A stretch of DNA of 64,000 bases from Prevotella sp. Lineage in GTDB: Bacteria; Bacteroidota; Bacteroidia; Bacteroidales; Bacteroidaceae. The notes under the pieces are model-generated. The model was not told the origin of the DNA, did no database searches, and saw nothing but the letters and a program-made list of their open reading frames with translations. Location of the stretch: NCBI GenBank assembly GCA_015060555.1, contig SUYG01000013.1, positions 9,174 through 73,173 on the forward strand. Direction: 5' to 3'. A program made the translations under genes and the position numbers. Positions 27,504 to 36,102 of this stretch are shown here, one piece after another; within the stretch, counting starts at the first letter, position 1; every line of letters begins with the position of its first letter.

Positions 27504-28583
27504 CTACTTCTCAACGCCAAACTTGTATATTGTAGTTTGCGTGTATTCCTCACCGGGAGCCAAAACGACACCGGGGAAGAACGGACGGTTGGGGCTGTCG
27601 GGGAAGTGCTGTGCCTCGAAGCAGATGGAGGAGCGACGGGGGAAGGTGGCACCGTGCTGGCCGGGATAACCTGTTGCCCAGTTGTCAGTATAGACCTGAA
27701 CTCCGGGCTCTGTTGTATAGACCTCCATCGTTCGACCTGTGTGAGGATCGAAAATCTTGGCGGCATAGCTAAGTTCGCCAGGCTGGCGCTTGTTGAGAAC
27801 GAAACAGTGGTCGTAGCCGGCGCCGTTACGGGTCTGCTCGTCGTCGGCATCAATCTGGTCGCCTACGGCGTGCATCGTTGTGAAGTCAAAAGGAGTACCT
27901 TTCACCGCACGAATCTCGCCAGTAGGAATGCTGGTGTCATCGATGGGCACGAAGAAGTCGGCATTGATCTGGCATTGCAGGTCCATGATGTCAGGCGTTG
28001 GATTAGCGATGCCCGAAATGGAGAAGAAACCGTGGTTGGTAAGATTGATGATGGTTTTCTTGTCCGTTGTGGCCTTGTAGTCGATAACCAATTCGTTATC
28101 ATCAGTCCAACGGTAGATAACCGTGATGTCGAGGTTGCCGGGAAAACCTTCCTCTCCGTCCGGCGAGAGATAATGGAGGGAAAGTGTCTGTGCGTCGGTC
28201 TGTGTTGCATCCCATACGCGAGCGTGGTAGCCTGTTGGTCCGCCGTGCAAGTGGTTGGGGCCGTTGTTGATGGTGAGGCTGTACTCTTTGCCGTCGAGTG
28301 TGAATTTACCTTTGCAGATGCGGTTGCCATAGCGACCAATCAACGTGGAGAGGAATGGCTCTGGACTTTCTACAACGCCCTTGATGGTGTCATGCCCTTG
28401 AATGACGTTGGCAATCTTGCCGTTTTTGTCGGGAACCATGATGGCAACGAGCGCGCCACCATAATTGGTGATGCAGACCTCATTTCCAGCCTTGTTGACA
28501 AGGGTGAACAAATCGGTCTGTTTCCCTTGGATAGTGGACTGAAAATCTTCACGTTTCAGCCCCGAAAGTTTGCTTACTTCCAT
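27504..28583 (-). CDS. galM: aldose 1-epimerase (cytoplasmic galactose mutarotase)
   Basis: Mutarotase motifs IGRYGNRI, NHLHGG and NHGFFSI. I prefer the start MEVSKLSGLK at 28583, because the track start at 28619 lies inside a partial -7-box-like TTAATTTG. Confidence 0.85.
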   Translation of the reverse strand: MEVSKLSGLKREDFQSTIQGKQTDLFTLVNKAGNEVCITNYGGALVAIMVPDKNGKIANVIQGHDTIKGVVESPEPFLSTLIGRYGNRICKGKFTLDGKEYSLTINNGPNHLHGGPTGYHARVWDATQTDAQTLSLHYLSPDGEEGFPGNLDITVIYRWTDDNELVIDYKATTDKKTIINLTNHGFFSISGIANPTPDIMDLQCQINADFFVPIDDTSIPTGEIRAVKGTPFDFTTMHAVGDQIDADDEQTRNGAGYDHCFVLNKRQPGELSYAAKIFDPHTGRTMEVYTTEPGVQVYTDNWATGYPGQHGATFPRRSSICFEAQHFPDSPNRPFFPGVVLAPGEEYTQTTIYKFGVEK

Positions 28584-28740
28584 AGGTAAATGATTTTGAA
28601 TTGAACAATCATACCGCAAATTAAGTCAAAAAGTTCGAGCGAACCAAGTCTTTTTGCAAAAAGAAACGTAAAAAATGCTTAAATCATCCTTAACATGCAT
28701 TTTCTTGCCTTTCTTTCTTGGGCTATTAGTCAAGAATCTG

Positions 28741-28748
28741 TAACTTTG
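28741..28748 (+). promoter_or_regulatory. candidate -7 box (TAACTTTG) for the aminotransferase gene
   Basis: TAnnTTTG match 39 nt upstream of the ATG at 28787. Confidence 0.5.
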
Positions 28749-28786
28749 CACAGTTTTTTGTAAATAGAAGGAAAATAGTCCTGTTT

Positions 28787-29992
28787 ATGCCTAAGATATC
28801 AGTCCGCGGTTATGAAATGCCGGCTTCCCCGATTCGCAAGTTGGCCCCTCTTGCCAATGCTGCAAAGCAGCGTGGCATCCATGTCTATCATCTTAATATT
28901 GGTCAGCCCGACCTGCCCACGCCTCCGGCAGCCCTCAATGCCATTCGGAACATCGACCGTACTATCCTCGAGTATTCCCCTTCCCAGGGCTATCTCAGCT
29001 ATCGCGAGAAGTTAGTTGATTACTACGCAAAGTATAAAATCAATGTTACGCCCGATGACATCATCATCACTAGTGGGGGTTCCGAGGCCGTTCTTTTCGC
29101 TTTCCTCTCATGTCTGAATCCTGGTGACGAGATTATTGTGCCCGAGCCTGCTTACGCCAACTATATGGCGTTTGCCATTTCAGCTGGTGCTGTTATCCGC
29201 ACTGTCACTACGACCATTGAAGAAGGCTTCTCACTGCCCAAAGTGGAAAAGTTCGAGGAACTCATCAATGATCGCACGCGCGCGATTCTTATATGTAATC
29301 CTAATAATCCGACAGGATACCTCTACACACGTCGTGAAATGAACCAGATTCGCGACCTCGTGAAGAAGTATGACCTCTATCTCTTTTCCGACGAAGTTTA
29401 TCGCGAATTCATCTACACAGGTTCTCCCTATATCTCTGCCTGCCATCTCGAAGGTATCGAACAGAATGTGGTGCTTATCGATTCTGTGTCGAAGCGCTAC
29501 AGCGAGTGTGGTATTCGCATCGGAGCCTTGATTACGAAAAATGAGGAGGTGCGTAAGGCTGTGATGAAGTTCTGTCAGGCTCGTCTATCTCCTCCACTCA
29601 TCGGACAGATTGCTGCAGAGGCATCTCTTGACGAAGGTGAAGAGTACTCGCGCGAAGTCTATGACGAATATGTTGAACGTCGCAAATGTCTTATTGATGG
29701 TCTGAACCGCATTCCCGGCGTCTATAGTCCTATACCCATGGGCGCATTTTACACGGTGGCCAAGCTGCCTGTGGAAGATGCCGAGGACTTTTGTGCCTGG
29801 TGTCTGCGCGACTTCAACTACGAGGGTGAAACCGTCATGATGGCACCTGCGGCGGGTTTCTATACCACTCCCGGACTGGGCCGAAATGAAGTTCGTCTGG
29901 CCTATGTTCTGAAGAAGGAAGACCTTACGCGTGCCCTTTTTGTCTTAAGCAAAGCCCTCGAAGCATACCCGGGGCGGAAGTATGAGGGCTGA
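28787..29992 (+). CDS. class I/II PLP-dependent aminotransferase (aspartate aminotransferase-like)
   Basis: 401 aa. Motifs PIRKLAPLA, NIGQPDLPTP, NPNNPTG and SVSKRYSECGIRIG (PLP lysine). Confidence 0.85.
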   Translation: MPKISVRGYEMPASPIRKLAPLANAAKQRGIHVYHLNIGQPDLPTPPAALNAIRNIDRTILEYSPSQGYLSYREKLVDYYAKYKINVTPDDIIITSGGSEAVLFAFLSCLNPGDEIIVPEPAYANYMAFAISAGAVIRTVTTTIEEGFSLPKVEKFEELINDRTRAILICNPNNPTGYLYTRREMNQIRDLVKKYDLYLFSDEVYREFIYTGSPYISACHLEGIEQNVVLIDSVSKRYSECGIRIGALITKNEEVRKAVMKFCQARLSPPLIGQIAAEASLDEGEEYSREVYDEYVERRKCLIDGLNRIPGVYSPIPMGAFYTVAKLPVEDAEDFCAWCLRDFNYEGETVMMAPAAGFYTTPGLGRNEVRLAYVLKKEDLTRALFVLSKALEAYPGRKYEG

Positions 29993-30003
29993 GGGTTTTA
30001 TGG

Positions 30004-31326
30004 TTGAGGGATTTGTCCTTTAACCTCCCCAAACCATACGCCATCCTCCATAAACCAAAATCCTTAAACATTAAGCTAAGCTTGTCCTTCGAATACTCCA
30101 TAGCCCGCCGATTATATGGCCATCGCGATGAAGGCCGTCGGCTATCTCGACCTGCGGTACGCATTGCCATGTGGGGCGTTGCAGTGGGGCTTGCGGTGAT
30201 GATTCTCTCTGTGGGCATCATCATTGGGTTTAAGCGTGAGATACGTCAGAAGGTCATAGGCTTTGGAGGCCACATTGAGGTCATCAACTATCGTAGCCTT
30301 TACAGTGCAGAGGCACAGCCGATAGTTGTCAACGACACACTCATGAGGCGCCTGTCCGCATTGGAGGGCGTACAGCATGTGCAGCGCTTTGTCACCAAGA
30401 CAGGAATGCTGAAGACCGATGCGAACTTCAAGGGAGTCGTCTTCCGTGGTGTTGCCCATGAATACGACACCACCTTTCTGGCCGCACACCTGTGTGAAGG
30501 GCGCATGCCCCGTTTTTCTGCTACCCAGGTAAGCAACGAAATACTCATCTCCTCCTTGATATCTAAAGAACTGGGGCTTCACGCTGGCGATAAAGTTTTC
30601 GCCTATTTTTTCTCGGAACAGGTGAAAGCACGACGCTTCTTCATTTCCGGCATCTATGAGACACATCTTAAGGAATTTGATAACGCCCTCATCTTCACCG
30701 ACATGGCGACCACGCAAAGCTTGAATGAATGGCGCGCAGACCAATGTGCCGGTGCTGAGCTGATTATCGATGATTTCAGTCGCTTGGAAGATTGTACAGA
30801 CCTTGTCCGTCAACTAGTGAATCGCACCACGGACATCGACGAGAATCAATACAGCACCCATGCCATCACAGAATTATATCCCAGCCTCTTCTCATGGCTT
30901 AAGCTCTTAGATACCAACGTCTATGTCATCCTGTTGCTTATGATCGGCTTGAGTCTGTTCACGATGACGGCAGGTCTGCTGATTATCATCCTCGAGCGCG
31001 TCAATTTCATCGCTGTGATGAAATCACTTGGCGCCTCCGACACTCAGGTGCGGCACATTTTTCTGCATTTTGCAGCGATGTTGATAGGGCAGGGGTTAAT
31101 CTGGGGCAATGTTCTCGGCATAGGTCTCTCGCTGTTACAACAGCATTTCGGTCTCGTACGTCTGGACCCATCCATCTACTATGTTGCCACGGTTCCCATC
31201 GATTTGCAGTGGTGGTGGATTCTGTTGTTGAACATCGCTACGTTGTTAATCACCATTTTCGTTCTCATTGTGCCTAGCCATTTGGTATCCAGAATTCACC
31301 CAGCTCAGGTGATGCGTTTCGAGTAA
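30004..31326 (+). CDS. FtsX/LolE-like ABC transporter permease
   Basis: 440 aa. SFEYSIARRLY N-terminus, a large periplasmic loop and a C-terminal FtsX-type 3-TM bundle (MKSLGASDTQVRHIF). The start codon is uncertain. Confidence 0.75.
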   Translation: MRDLSFNLPKPYAILHKPKSLNIKLSLSFEYSIARRLYGHRDEGRRLSRPAVRIAMWGVAVGLAVMILSVGIIIGFKREIRQKVIGFGGHIEVINYRSLYSAEAQPIVVNDTLMRRLSALEGVQHVQRFVTKTGMLKTDANFKGVVFRGVAHEYDTTFLAAHLCEGRMPRFSATQVSNEILISSLISKELGLHAGDKVFAYFFSEQVKARRFFISGIYETHLKEFDNALIFTDMATTQSLNEWRADQCAGAELIIDDFSRLEDCTDLVRQLVNRTTDIDENQYSTHAITELYPSLFSWLKLLDTNVYVILLLMIGLSLFTMTAGLLIIILERVNFIAVMKSLGASDTQVRHIFLHFAAMLIGQGLIWGNVLGIGLSLLQQHFGLVRLDPSIYYVATVPIDLQWWWILLLNIATLLITIFVLIVPSHLVSRIHPAQVMRFE

Positions 31327-31352
31327 TTTCATTAAAATACAAATTAGAAGAT

Positions 31353-32213
31353 ATGGAAAATGTTCTATTGTCTGTCAAGGAATTAGAAGATCGTCTCATA
31401 GACCTTGCCTTTGCCGAGGATATCGGCGATGGCGACCACACCACATTGTGCTGCATTCCCGCTGATGCAATGGGAAAGAGCAAGTTGCTCATCAAGGAGG
31501 AAGGCATCTTAGCAGGTATCGAGGTGGCTAAGGAAGTTTTCCACCGCTTCGACCCCGAGATGCAGGTGGAGGTGTTCATCCAGGATGGCACCCATGTGAA
31601 GCCCGGTGATGTCGCCATGATTGTCACGGGCCGGGTGCAAAGCCTGTTACAAACAGAACGCCTGATGCTCAATATCATGCAGCGCATGTCAGGCATCGCC
31701 ACCATGACCAACAAGTATGTGAAGCGTCTTGAAGGCACCAAGACTCGCGTCCTCGACACCCGCAAGACCACGCCCGGTATGCGTATGCTTGAGAAGGCGG
31801 CGGTGAAGATTGGCGGCGGCGTGAACCATCGCATCGGACTCTTTGACATGATACTCCTCAAGGACAACCATGTGGATTTTGCCGGAGGTATTGAGAACGC
31901 CATCAATCGTTGCCATGAGTACCTGAAAGCCAAAGGCAAGGACTTGAAGATAGAAATCGAAGTTCGTAACTTCGACGAGCTTAACCGTGTACTCGCCATG
32001 GGTGGTGTGGATCGCATTATGCTTGACAACTTCACGCCCGCAGACACCAAGAAGGCTGTTGAACTCATCGCAGGCCGCTATGAGACCGAGTCCAGCGGTG
32101 GCATCACTTTCGACACGCTTCGCGACTATGCCGAATGCGGCGTCGATTTCATCTCGGTCGGTGCTCTCACCCATAGCGTGAAAGGCCTGGATATGAGTTT
32201 CAAGGCCTGCTGA
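31353..32213 (+). CDS. nadC: nicotinate-nucleotide diphosphorylase (carboxylating)
   Basis: 286 aa. Motifs DTRKTTPGMR, GGGVNHRIGLFDMILLKDNH and LDNF. Confidence 0.9.
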   Translation: MENVLLSVKELEDRLIDLAFAEDIGDGDHTTLCCIPADAMGKSKLLIKEEGILAGIEVAKEVFHRFDPEMQVEVFIQDGTHVKPGDVAMIVTGRVQSLLQTERLMLNIMQRMSGIATMTNKYVKRLEGTKTRVLDTRKTTPGMRMLEKAAVKIGGGVNHRIGLFDMILLKDNHVDFAGGIENAINRCHEYLKAKGKDLKIEIEVRNFDELNRVLAMGGVDRIMLDNFTPADTKKAVELIAGRYETESSGGITFDTLRDYAECGVDFISVGALTHSVKGLDMSFKAC

Positions 32214-32232
32214 AAATGAGAAAAAAGGCGGA

Positions 32233-34656
32233 ATGAAAAGTAAAAAAAATACGTTCCATGATGCCTCTCTGGGGTGGTCTGCTTTTGGGACTTTGCTCAA
32301 AAGTAATTCTTATTTTTCACTTTTCACTCTTTCATTTTTCATTCTACTGACCTATAGCGTTGAAGCGTTAGGTCAGAAGACTATCTACGTGGAGCGTGAC
32401 CTGAAGGAGGTCACCGTCAAGCCTAAGAAGCAGCGCTATAAGCGTAAAGGTAATCCTGCCGTGGAGCTGATGCGTAAGGTCATTGACGCCAAGGCCAACC
32501 ATTCCTTGGAACAGAATGATTTCGTCAGCTATTACAAGTACCAGCGCGTCACCACAGGCTTCGACAATATTTCGCAGCACAAAGCCGACTCCATGAAGCT
32601 GCTCCAGCATCCGCTCCTGAAACAGCAGGTGGAGTACTGCCCGCAGACGGATAAATACATCCTTCCGCTACACTACGTCGAAACAGCTACCCATCACCTC
32701 TGGCGTCGCGAACCCAAGATTGAGCGCAACTATGTTCTGGGAACCAACAGCGAGGGCGTCACAGACCTCCTGCCCATTGGAGATGAGGTCAACACCGTAG
32801 TCCAAAGCCTCTTCACCGACATCAACATCTACGATGATGTCATCGATTTCCTTTCACGCCGCTTCACAAGCCCCCTGTCCTCGCGAGCTGCCATCTCCTT
32901 CTTCCAATTCTTTATAGAGGACACCGTTGAGGTGGACAGCAAAGCTTGTATTCAAGTCAGTTTCGTTCCCCAGAATCCCCAGGACTTCGGCTTCAGCGGG
33001 CGTCTGTGGATTCTCAACGACAGCACCTATCGCGTACATAAAGGTCTTCTACATCTGCCGCTGCGTTCCAGTGTGAACTATGTCAACGCGCTGACCATAG
33101 AGCAACGCTTCACAGACCTTCCCAACGGACAGCGCGTGTTGCAGACCGACGACCTTTTTGCCGAACTCGGCATCATCAAGGGGCACCGTGCTGCCTTCGT
33201 GCATAGAGCCACAAACTACACCTCCATCAGCACCGATACAATCCCCGACGAGGCTTTTCGAAAGAGTGATAAACTGCGAGAAGGGACAACCAATGTCGAA
33301 GACCCGGACTTCTGGGCACGACATCGTGTGGATACACTCTCGAAAGCAGAGGGCCGTTTGTCGGACGTGGTAAACTCTTTCCAGCAGTTGCGCGGCGCCG
33401 GCTTCTTCCTCTATGTTATGCGAGCCGTCATCAACAACTATTTCGAGACCTCGCGCTATACCAATGAGAGCAAAATTGACATCGGGCCTGTCATGTCCAT
33501 GTACTCTAACAACTTCATCGACGGTCCGCGTGTTCGCCTTGGCTTTCAGACTACCGCCAAGCTCTTGCCCAAGCTCTTTTTCAAGGGCTATGCTGCCTAC
33601 GGCTTCCGTAGCCGCAACTGGTATGGAATGGGCGAGGTGGAGTATTCGTTCCTGCGCAAGAAGGAAGCGCCCCATGAATTTCCACGCCACAGTATCACCG
33701 CACAGTTCCGTCAGGATGTCTTCAGTCCTGCCGACATGATGTGGCAGCATGGGCGTGATAAAGACAACGTGTGGACAAGTTTCAAGACGCAGGATGTCAC
33801 GCACATGATGTTCCAGCGCCACTTCCTACTGCGCTACGAGTATGAGACCAACAACCACTTGGACTTTAAGTTCCAGGCCAAGCACGCGCGTATCACCCCC
33901 TGTGGCGACCTCTTCTATCGCCGCCTCGACGGTGAGATGGTAGAGCACCTCTACACCACCGACCTGATGCTGTCATTGCGCTGGGCTCCAGGTGAGCAAA
34001 TCATCAACTCCAAGCAACGCCGCCACTATGTAAACCGCAACAATCCCGTTTTCACGCTCTCACACACCTGCGGCATCAAGGGTATCCTCGGCAGCGACTA
34101 CAACTACAACGTCACAGAACTCACCGCCTACAAACGAATCTGGCTTAATTCCTACGGCAAAATCTCGCTTAACCTTCGCGGTGCCGTGCAGTGGAATCGT
34201 GTTCCATTCCCCCTCTTGCTTATGCCTGTGGCCAACAACTCCTACATTATCACGCGCGATATGTTCTGTATGATTAACAACATGGAGTTTATCAACGACC
34301 GCTATCTCTCGTTCCAGGCTGAGTGGGACCTCTCGGGCAAGCTGTTCAACCGTATTCCGCTGCTTAAAAAGCTCAAGCTGCGCGAGGTTATTGGCTTTAA
34401 AGCCCTCTATGGACATCTCTCAGCCAAGAACAACCCCGCTCTGCATCCCGGTGACCACGACCTTTTCGAGATGCCCTCGCGCGATGGTGTTCCCATCGTT
34501 CATGAGATGGGTAATGTGCCCTATATGGAACTCAACGTAGGTATCCATAACATCCTCAAGATTATTCGTATAGACTACGTCTATCGAATCAACTACCATG
34601 ATTTCCCGGGTGTCAAGAAGCATGGTGTCCGTTTCGCCCTCGAGTTCGATTTCTGA
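32233..34656 (+). CDS. DUF5686-like large beta-rich envelope protein
   Basis: 807 aa with an N-terminal hydrophobic signal/anchor. The KGNPAVELMRKVI motif and the position after nadC are as I recall for Bacteroidales DUF5686 proteins. The CarboxypepD_reg-like N-domain usually present in that family appears to be missing. Family recall is unverified. Confidence 0.55.
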   Translation: MKSKKNTFHDASLGWSAFGTLLKSNSYFSLFTLSFFILLTYSVEALGQKTIYVERDLKEVTVKPKKQRYKRKGNPAVELMRKVIDAKANHSLEQNDFVSYYKYQRVTTGFDNISQHKADSMKLLQHPLLKQQVEYCPQTDKYILPLHYVETATHHLWRREPKIERNYVLGTNSEGVTDLLPIGDEVNTVVQSLFTDINIYDDVIDFLSRRFTSPLSSRAAISFFQFFIEDTVEVDSKACIQVSFVPQNPQDFGFSGRLWILNDSTYRVHKGLLHLPLRSSVNYVNALTIEQRFTDLPNGQRVLQTDDLFAELGIIKGHRAAFVHRATNYTSISTDTIPDEAFRKSDKLREGTTNVEDPDFWARHRVDTLSKAEGRLSDVVNSFQQLRGAGFFLYVMRAVINNYFETSRYTNESKIDIGPVMSMYSNNFIDGPRVRLGFQTTAKLLPKLFFKGYAAYGFRSRNWYGMGEVEYSFLRKKEAPHEFPRHSITAQFRQDVFSPADMMWQHGRDKDNVWTSFKTQDVTHMMFQRHFLLRYEYETNNHLDFKFQAKHARITPCGDLFYRRLDGEMVEHLYTTDLMLSLRWAPGEQIINSKQRRHYVNRNNPVFTLSHTCGIKGILGSDYNYNVTELTAYKRIWLNSYGKISLNLRGAVQWNRVPFPLLLMPVANNSYIITRDMFCMINNMEFINDRYLSFQAEWDLSGKLFNRIPLLKKLKLREVIGFKALYGHLSAKNNPALHPGDHDLFEMPSRDGVPIVHEMGNVPYMELNVGIHNILKIIRIDYVYRINYHDFPGVKKHGVRFALEFDF

Positions 34657-35508
34657 TTACCGCTTTTCTACGAACGCTTGAATGCGGGGAAGTTCCCGTT
34701 CAGCCAGTTCTCTGCCAAGGGCATAGGTCTCGCGCATCCGGCTACGGCTGTGTGAAAGATGTCCTATGGGCAGCGTCTGTTCAGGGCACAGAACAAGTGC
34801 GTTGCCTGCAGCCTGCTGTTCAGCTACATAGCGTAATTCCGCGTTGTACATCTCGTGACGCCGTTCCCAGATATCCAGGAGCACAGGGTAGCATCGCAGT
34901 ACGCGACGGATAAACCATAGGTACTTCAGGGGCGTCTTCTGGTAGTTTGCGGGTTGTGTCAGAATGACCACATTACGTTCAAAGCCCTGTTGCTGGAAGT
35001 ATTGAAGGGGAATGGAGTCAGCGATGCCGCCATCAAGCAGCTGTTGCCCTCCGATGCTCACAATCTTCGAGACGATGGGCATTGCCGAGGATGCCAGAAT
35101 CCAGTCCAACATCTCCTTGCGGAATTTGTCGAAACGCTGATAGACAGGCTCGCCGCTGTCAACGTCGGTAGCCACCACGTGGAACTCCATAGGGCTGTGG
35201 TCGAATGCGTCTATATCAAACTTATCCAGGTGTAGGGGTAGGGTATAGTATGCGAAGCGCGGACCGAAGATGCCCCCGGTGGTCAACAGCGACCACAGAC
35301 TGCAGTAGCGCAGATCATGGGCATAGCGTAGGTTGTAGCGTAGCACACGCCCTGCCTGACCGCTTTTGTAGTTACAGCCGAAGCATGCACCTGCCGACAC
35401 GCCCACAACGCCGTCGAATGCCACGCCATGTTCCATGAGCACGTCCATTATGCCAGCCGAGAACAGCCCTCGCAGGGCGCCGCCCTCCAGCACTAAACCT
35501 GTCTTCAT
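34657..35508 (-). CDS. patatin-like phospholipase
   Basis: 283 aa. Motifs GGALRG (oxyanion hole), GVSAG (GxSxG) and LDGGIAD (catalytic Asp). Confidence 0.85.
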   Translation of the reverse strand: MKTGLVLEGGALRGLFSAGIMDVLMEHGVAFDGVVGVSAGACFGCNYKSGQAGRVLRYNLRYAHDLRYCSLWSLLTTGGIFGPRFAYYTLPLHLDKFDIDAFDHSPMEFHVVATDVDSGEPVYQRFDKFRKEMLDWILASSAMPIVSKIVSIGGQQLLDGGIADSIPLQYFQQQGFERNVVILTQPANYQKTPLKYLWFIRRVLRCYPVLLDIWERRHEMYNAELRYVAEQQAAGNALVLCPEQTLPIGHLSHSRSRMRETYALGRELAERELPRIQAFVEKR

Positions 35509-35533
35509 CGTTGTGTTCCAGTCTTTCTGCCGC

Positions 35534-35541
35534 CAAAGGTA
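35534..35541 (-). promoter_or_regulatory. candidate -7 box (TACCTTTG) for the patatin gene
   Basis: The reverse complement of caaaggta lies 26 nt upstream of the ATG at 35508. Confidence 0.45.
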
Positions 35542-35617
35542 CGCATTATTTCCGAACCGACAGCAACAGAATGCCTCTTTTCTGCATTAAACCCAGAAAT
35601 GTTTTTTGGCGAAAAAA

Positions 35618-35967
35618 CTCTCATTCCCTCAAACTTGTTGTATATCAAGCCATAGAGGCTGAGAGAATGCTGAGAGAAAGCTGAGGGAATGAGGGAAATG
35701 GTCGAAACCCCTATGGTAAAAACGGCTACACCCTATAGGGCGTAGGGTGGATCACCATGGTGGCCCACTCAGAAGAGCATGGTCTTCAAGGTGGAGGAGC
35801 AAGGTCTTGACCCTATTGCATGAAGGACTTGACCCTATTGCATGAAGGACTTGACCTTATTGCATGAAGGACTTGACCTTGTTACTTTTCCTCATTCTCT
35901 CAGCCTTTCCCTCAGCATTCTCTCATCCCTTATGAGTTGACAATCAACAAGTATGAGGGAATGAGGG
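35618..35967. mobile_element. MITE-like non-coding element (composite repeat module, copy 2) with ~80-bp terminal inverted repeats
   Basis: Left arm CTCATTCCCTCAAACTTGTTG...GAGAGAATGCTGAGAGAAAGCTGAGGGAATGAGGGAAA. The reverse complement of the right arm is CCCTCATTCCCTCATACTTGTTG...GAGAGAATGCTGAGGGAAAGGCTGAGAGAATGAGGAAAA. The interior holds the shared core GGATCACCATGGTGGCCCACTCAGAAGAGCATGGTCTTCAA..GGAGCAAGGTCTT. It also holds the 22-nt unit CTTGACCCTATTGCATGAAGGA in 3 full copies plus 1 partial copy (35806-35885). It has no ORF. Confidence 0.75.
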
Positions 35968-36102
35968 AAAAAGAAGATGAAAAGATTATTTCGGGAAACT
36001 GCTCATAGCAAGTATAGCGACGACCTTCTCCACCTACTTCTGGAACTCGACGGTGTGGAGGTTGAAAGCATAGAATAGGATGCCACAACATCCATATAGC
36101 TC

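Noticed and set aside
27537-28589. 350-aa plus-strand ORF antisense to galM. Similar antisense ORFs occur at 18001-18963, 25403-26116, 26143-26928, 31274-32068, 31689-32300, 33049-33822, 40103-40801, 57031-57732 and 62197-62829.
   Set aside because: Each overlaps a motif-supported gene on the opposite strand and shows no motifs of its own. I treat them as non-coding shadows.
35806-35885. Tandem 22-nt repeats considered as a CRISPR array (also 15377-15420 and 58721-58764)
   Set aside because: The units are contiguous with no spacers, there are only 2-4 copies, no cas genes are present, and the repeats are too short. They are tandem repeats, not CRISPR.
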